Source: a bacterium
GTDB taxonomy: Bacteria; Arandabacterota; Arandabacteria; Arandabacterales; Arandabacteraceae
Assembly: GCA_025774845.1 (NCBI GenBank)
Contig: JALGZP010000003.1
Span: 552 to 64,551 of the forward strand
Length of the DNA stretch: 64,000 nucleotides
Reading direction: 5' to 3'
Position numbers and translations under genes: made by a program. Positions 63,746 through 64,000 of this stretch are shown here, piece by piece; the stretch's first letter is position 1, and each line of letters opens with the position of its first letter. The notes under the pieces were generated by a model, which ran no database searches, was not told the DNA's origin, and saw only the letters and a list, made by a program, of their open reading frames with translations.

Positions 63746-64000
63746 GTCGAAAAGGAAGTAGACAACCGTTGCATCTCATCCAGGGCCTCGTTCTTCGCAA
63801 ATACCTGTGTGCGATGAGGGCGCTCGCTCGTTAGCGCGACGTATGCCTCGGCAACTTTGATGATGGCAGCCTCAAGGGGGATGTCATCACCCTTGACCCC
63901 GCGGGGATAACCGGTCCCATCGGGGCTCTCATGATGGCAACGTACGATGCCCGCGACGGGACCCATTCCCACAACTTCCCGCAGGATCCGCATACCGCTT
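63742..64000 (-). CDS. HD-GYP domain protein, 5'-partial (N-terminus lies beyond the right window edge)
   Basis: The frame is open to the window edge. CHHESPDGTGYPRGVKGDDIPLEAAIIKVAEAYVALTS is an HD-GYP C-terminal signature. 4-nt overlap with the downstream HD-GYP gene. Confidence 0.8.
   Translation of the reverse strand, partial: SGMRILREVVGMGPVAGIVRCHHESPDGTGYPRGVKGDDIPLEAAIIKVAEAYVALTSERPHRTQVFAKNEALDEMQRLSTSFST

Overview
Gene-dense bacterial chromosomal segment with about 55 protein-coding genes. I saw no rRNA, tRNA or CRISPR array. It looks like a GC-rich, Shine-Dalgarno-using, probably anaerobic organism; the lineage cannot be assigned from sequence alone. Everything here comes from reading the sequence and the ORF track by eye. 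No database search, folding or statistics were run, and family names come from remembered motifs.

Main blocks, left to right:
- (1) A 3'-truncated sensor kinase, a VWA protein, a secreted partner and an AmmeMemoRadiSam-type radical SAM enzyme.
- (2) Housekeeping genes: ferritin-like protein, OM beta-barrels, DUF364-like protein, rlmB, glnA, alkaline phosphatase.
- (3) A roughly 12.4 kb, 17-gene minus-strand operon (12287-24684). It joins a sulfhydrogenase-type beta/gamma (FeS/FAD-NAD(P)H) module, a ferredoxin, a group-4 membrane-bound [NiFe]-hydrogenase core and a full Mrp antiporter set, and ends with a maturation endopeptidase. I rank this as the most interesting system in the window.
- (4) A small decayed or rearranged patch at 26.1-27.9 kb. 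It holds a frameshifted, N-terminally truncated receiver-domain remnant (an open frame that is absent from the supplied ORF track), a small Cys-rich ORF and a tyrosine recombinase.
- (5) A hybrid histidine kinase plus an atypical response regulator whose phospho-acceptor Asp is replaced by Asn and whose output is a DHp-like domain.
- (6) An N-terminally short Eco57I-family DNA methyltransferase, divergent from an addB/addA pair.
- (7) An envelope glycan-type cluster: flippase-like protein, GT2, methyltransferase and a GT-C-like membrane protein.
- (8) A roughly 660 bp GC-rich noncoding stretch with a near-consensus extended -10 promoter, upstream of a large secreted thermolysin/fungalysin-like metalloprotease.
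- (9) A minus-strand cluster of uncharacterised envelope genes. It includes a secreted protein with 12 cysteines at exact 5-residue spacing, a small membrane protein and two tandem paralogous 750-aa membrane proteins, preceded by two HD-GYP genes.

Many long ORFs in the track are antisense or off-frame shadows of real genes and were rejected.
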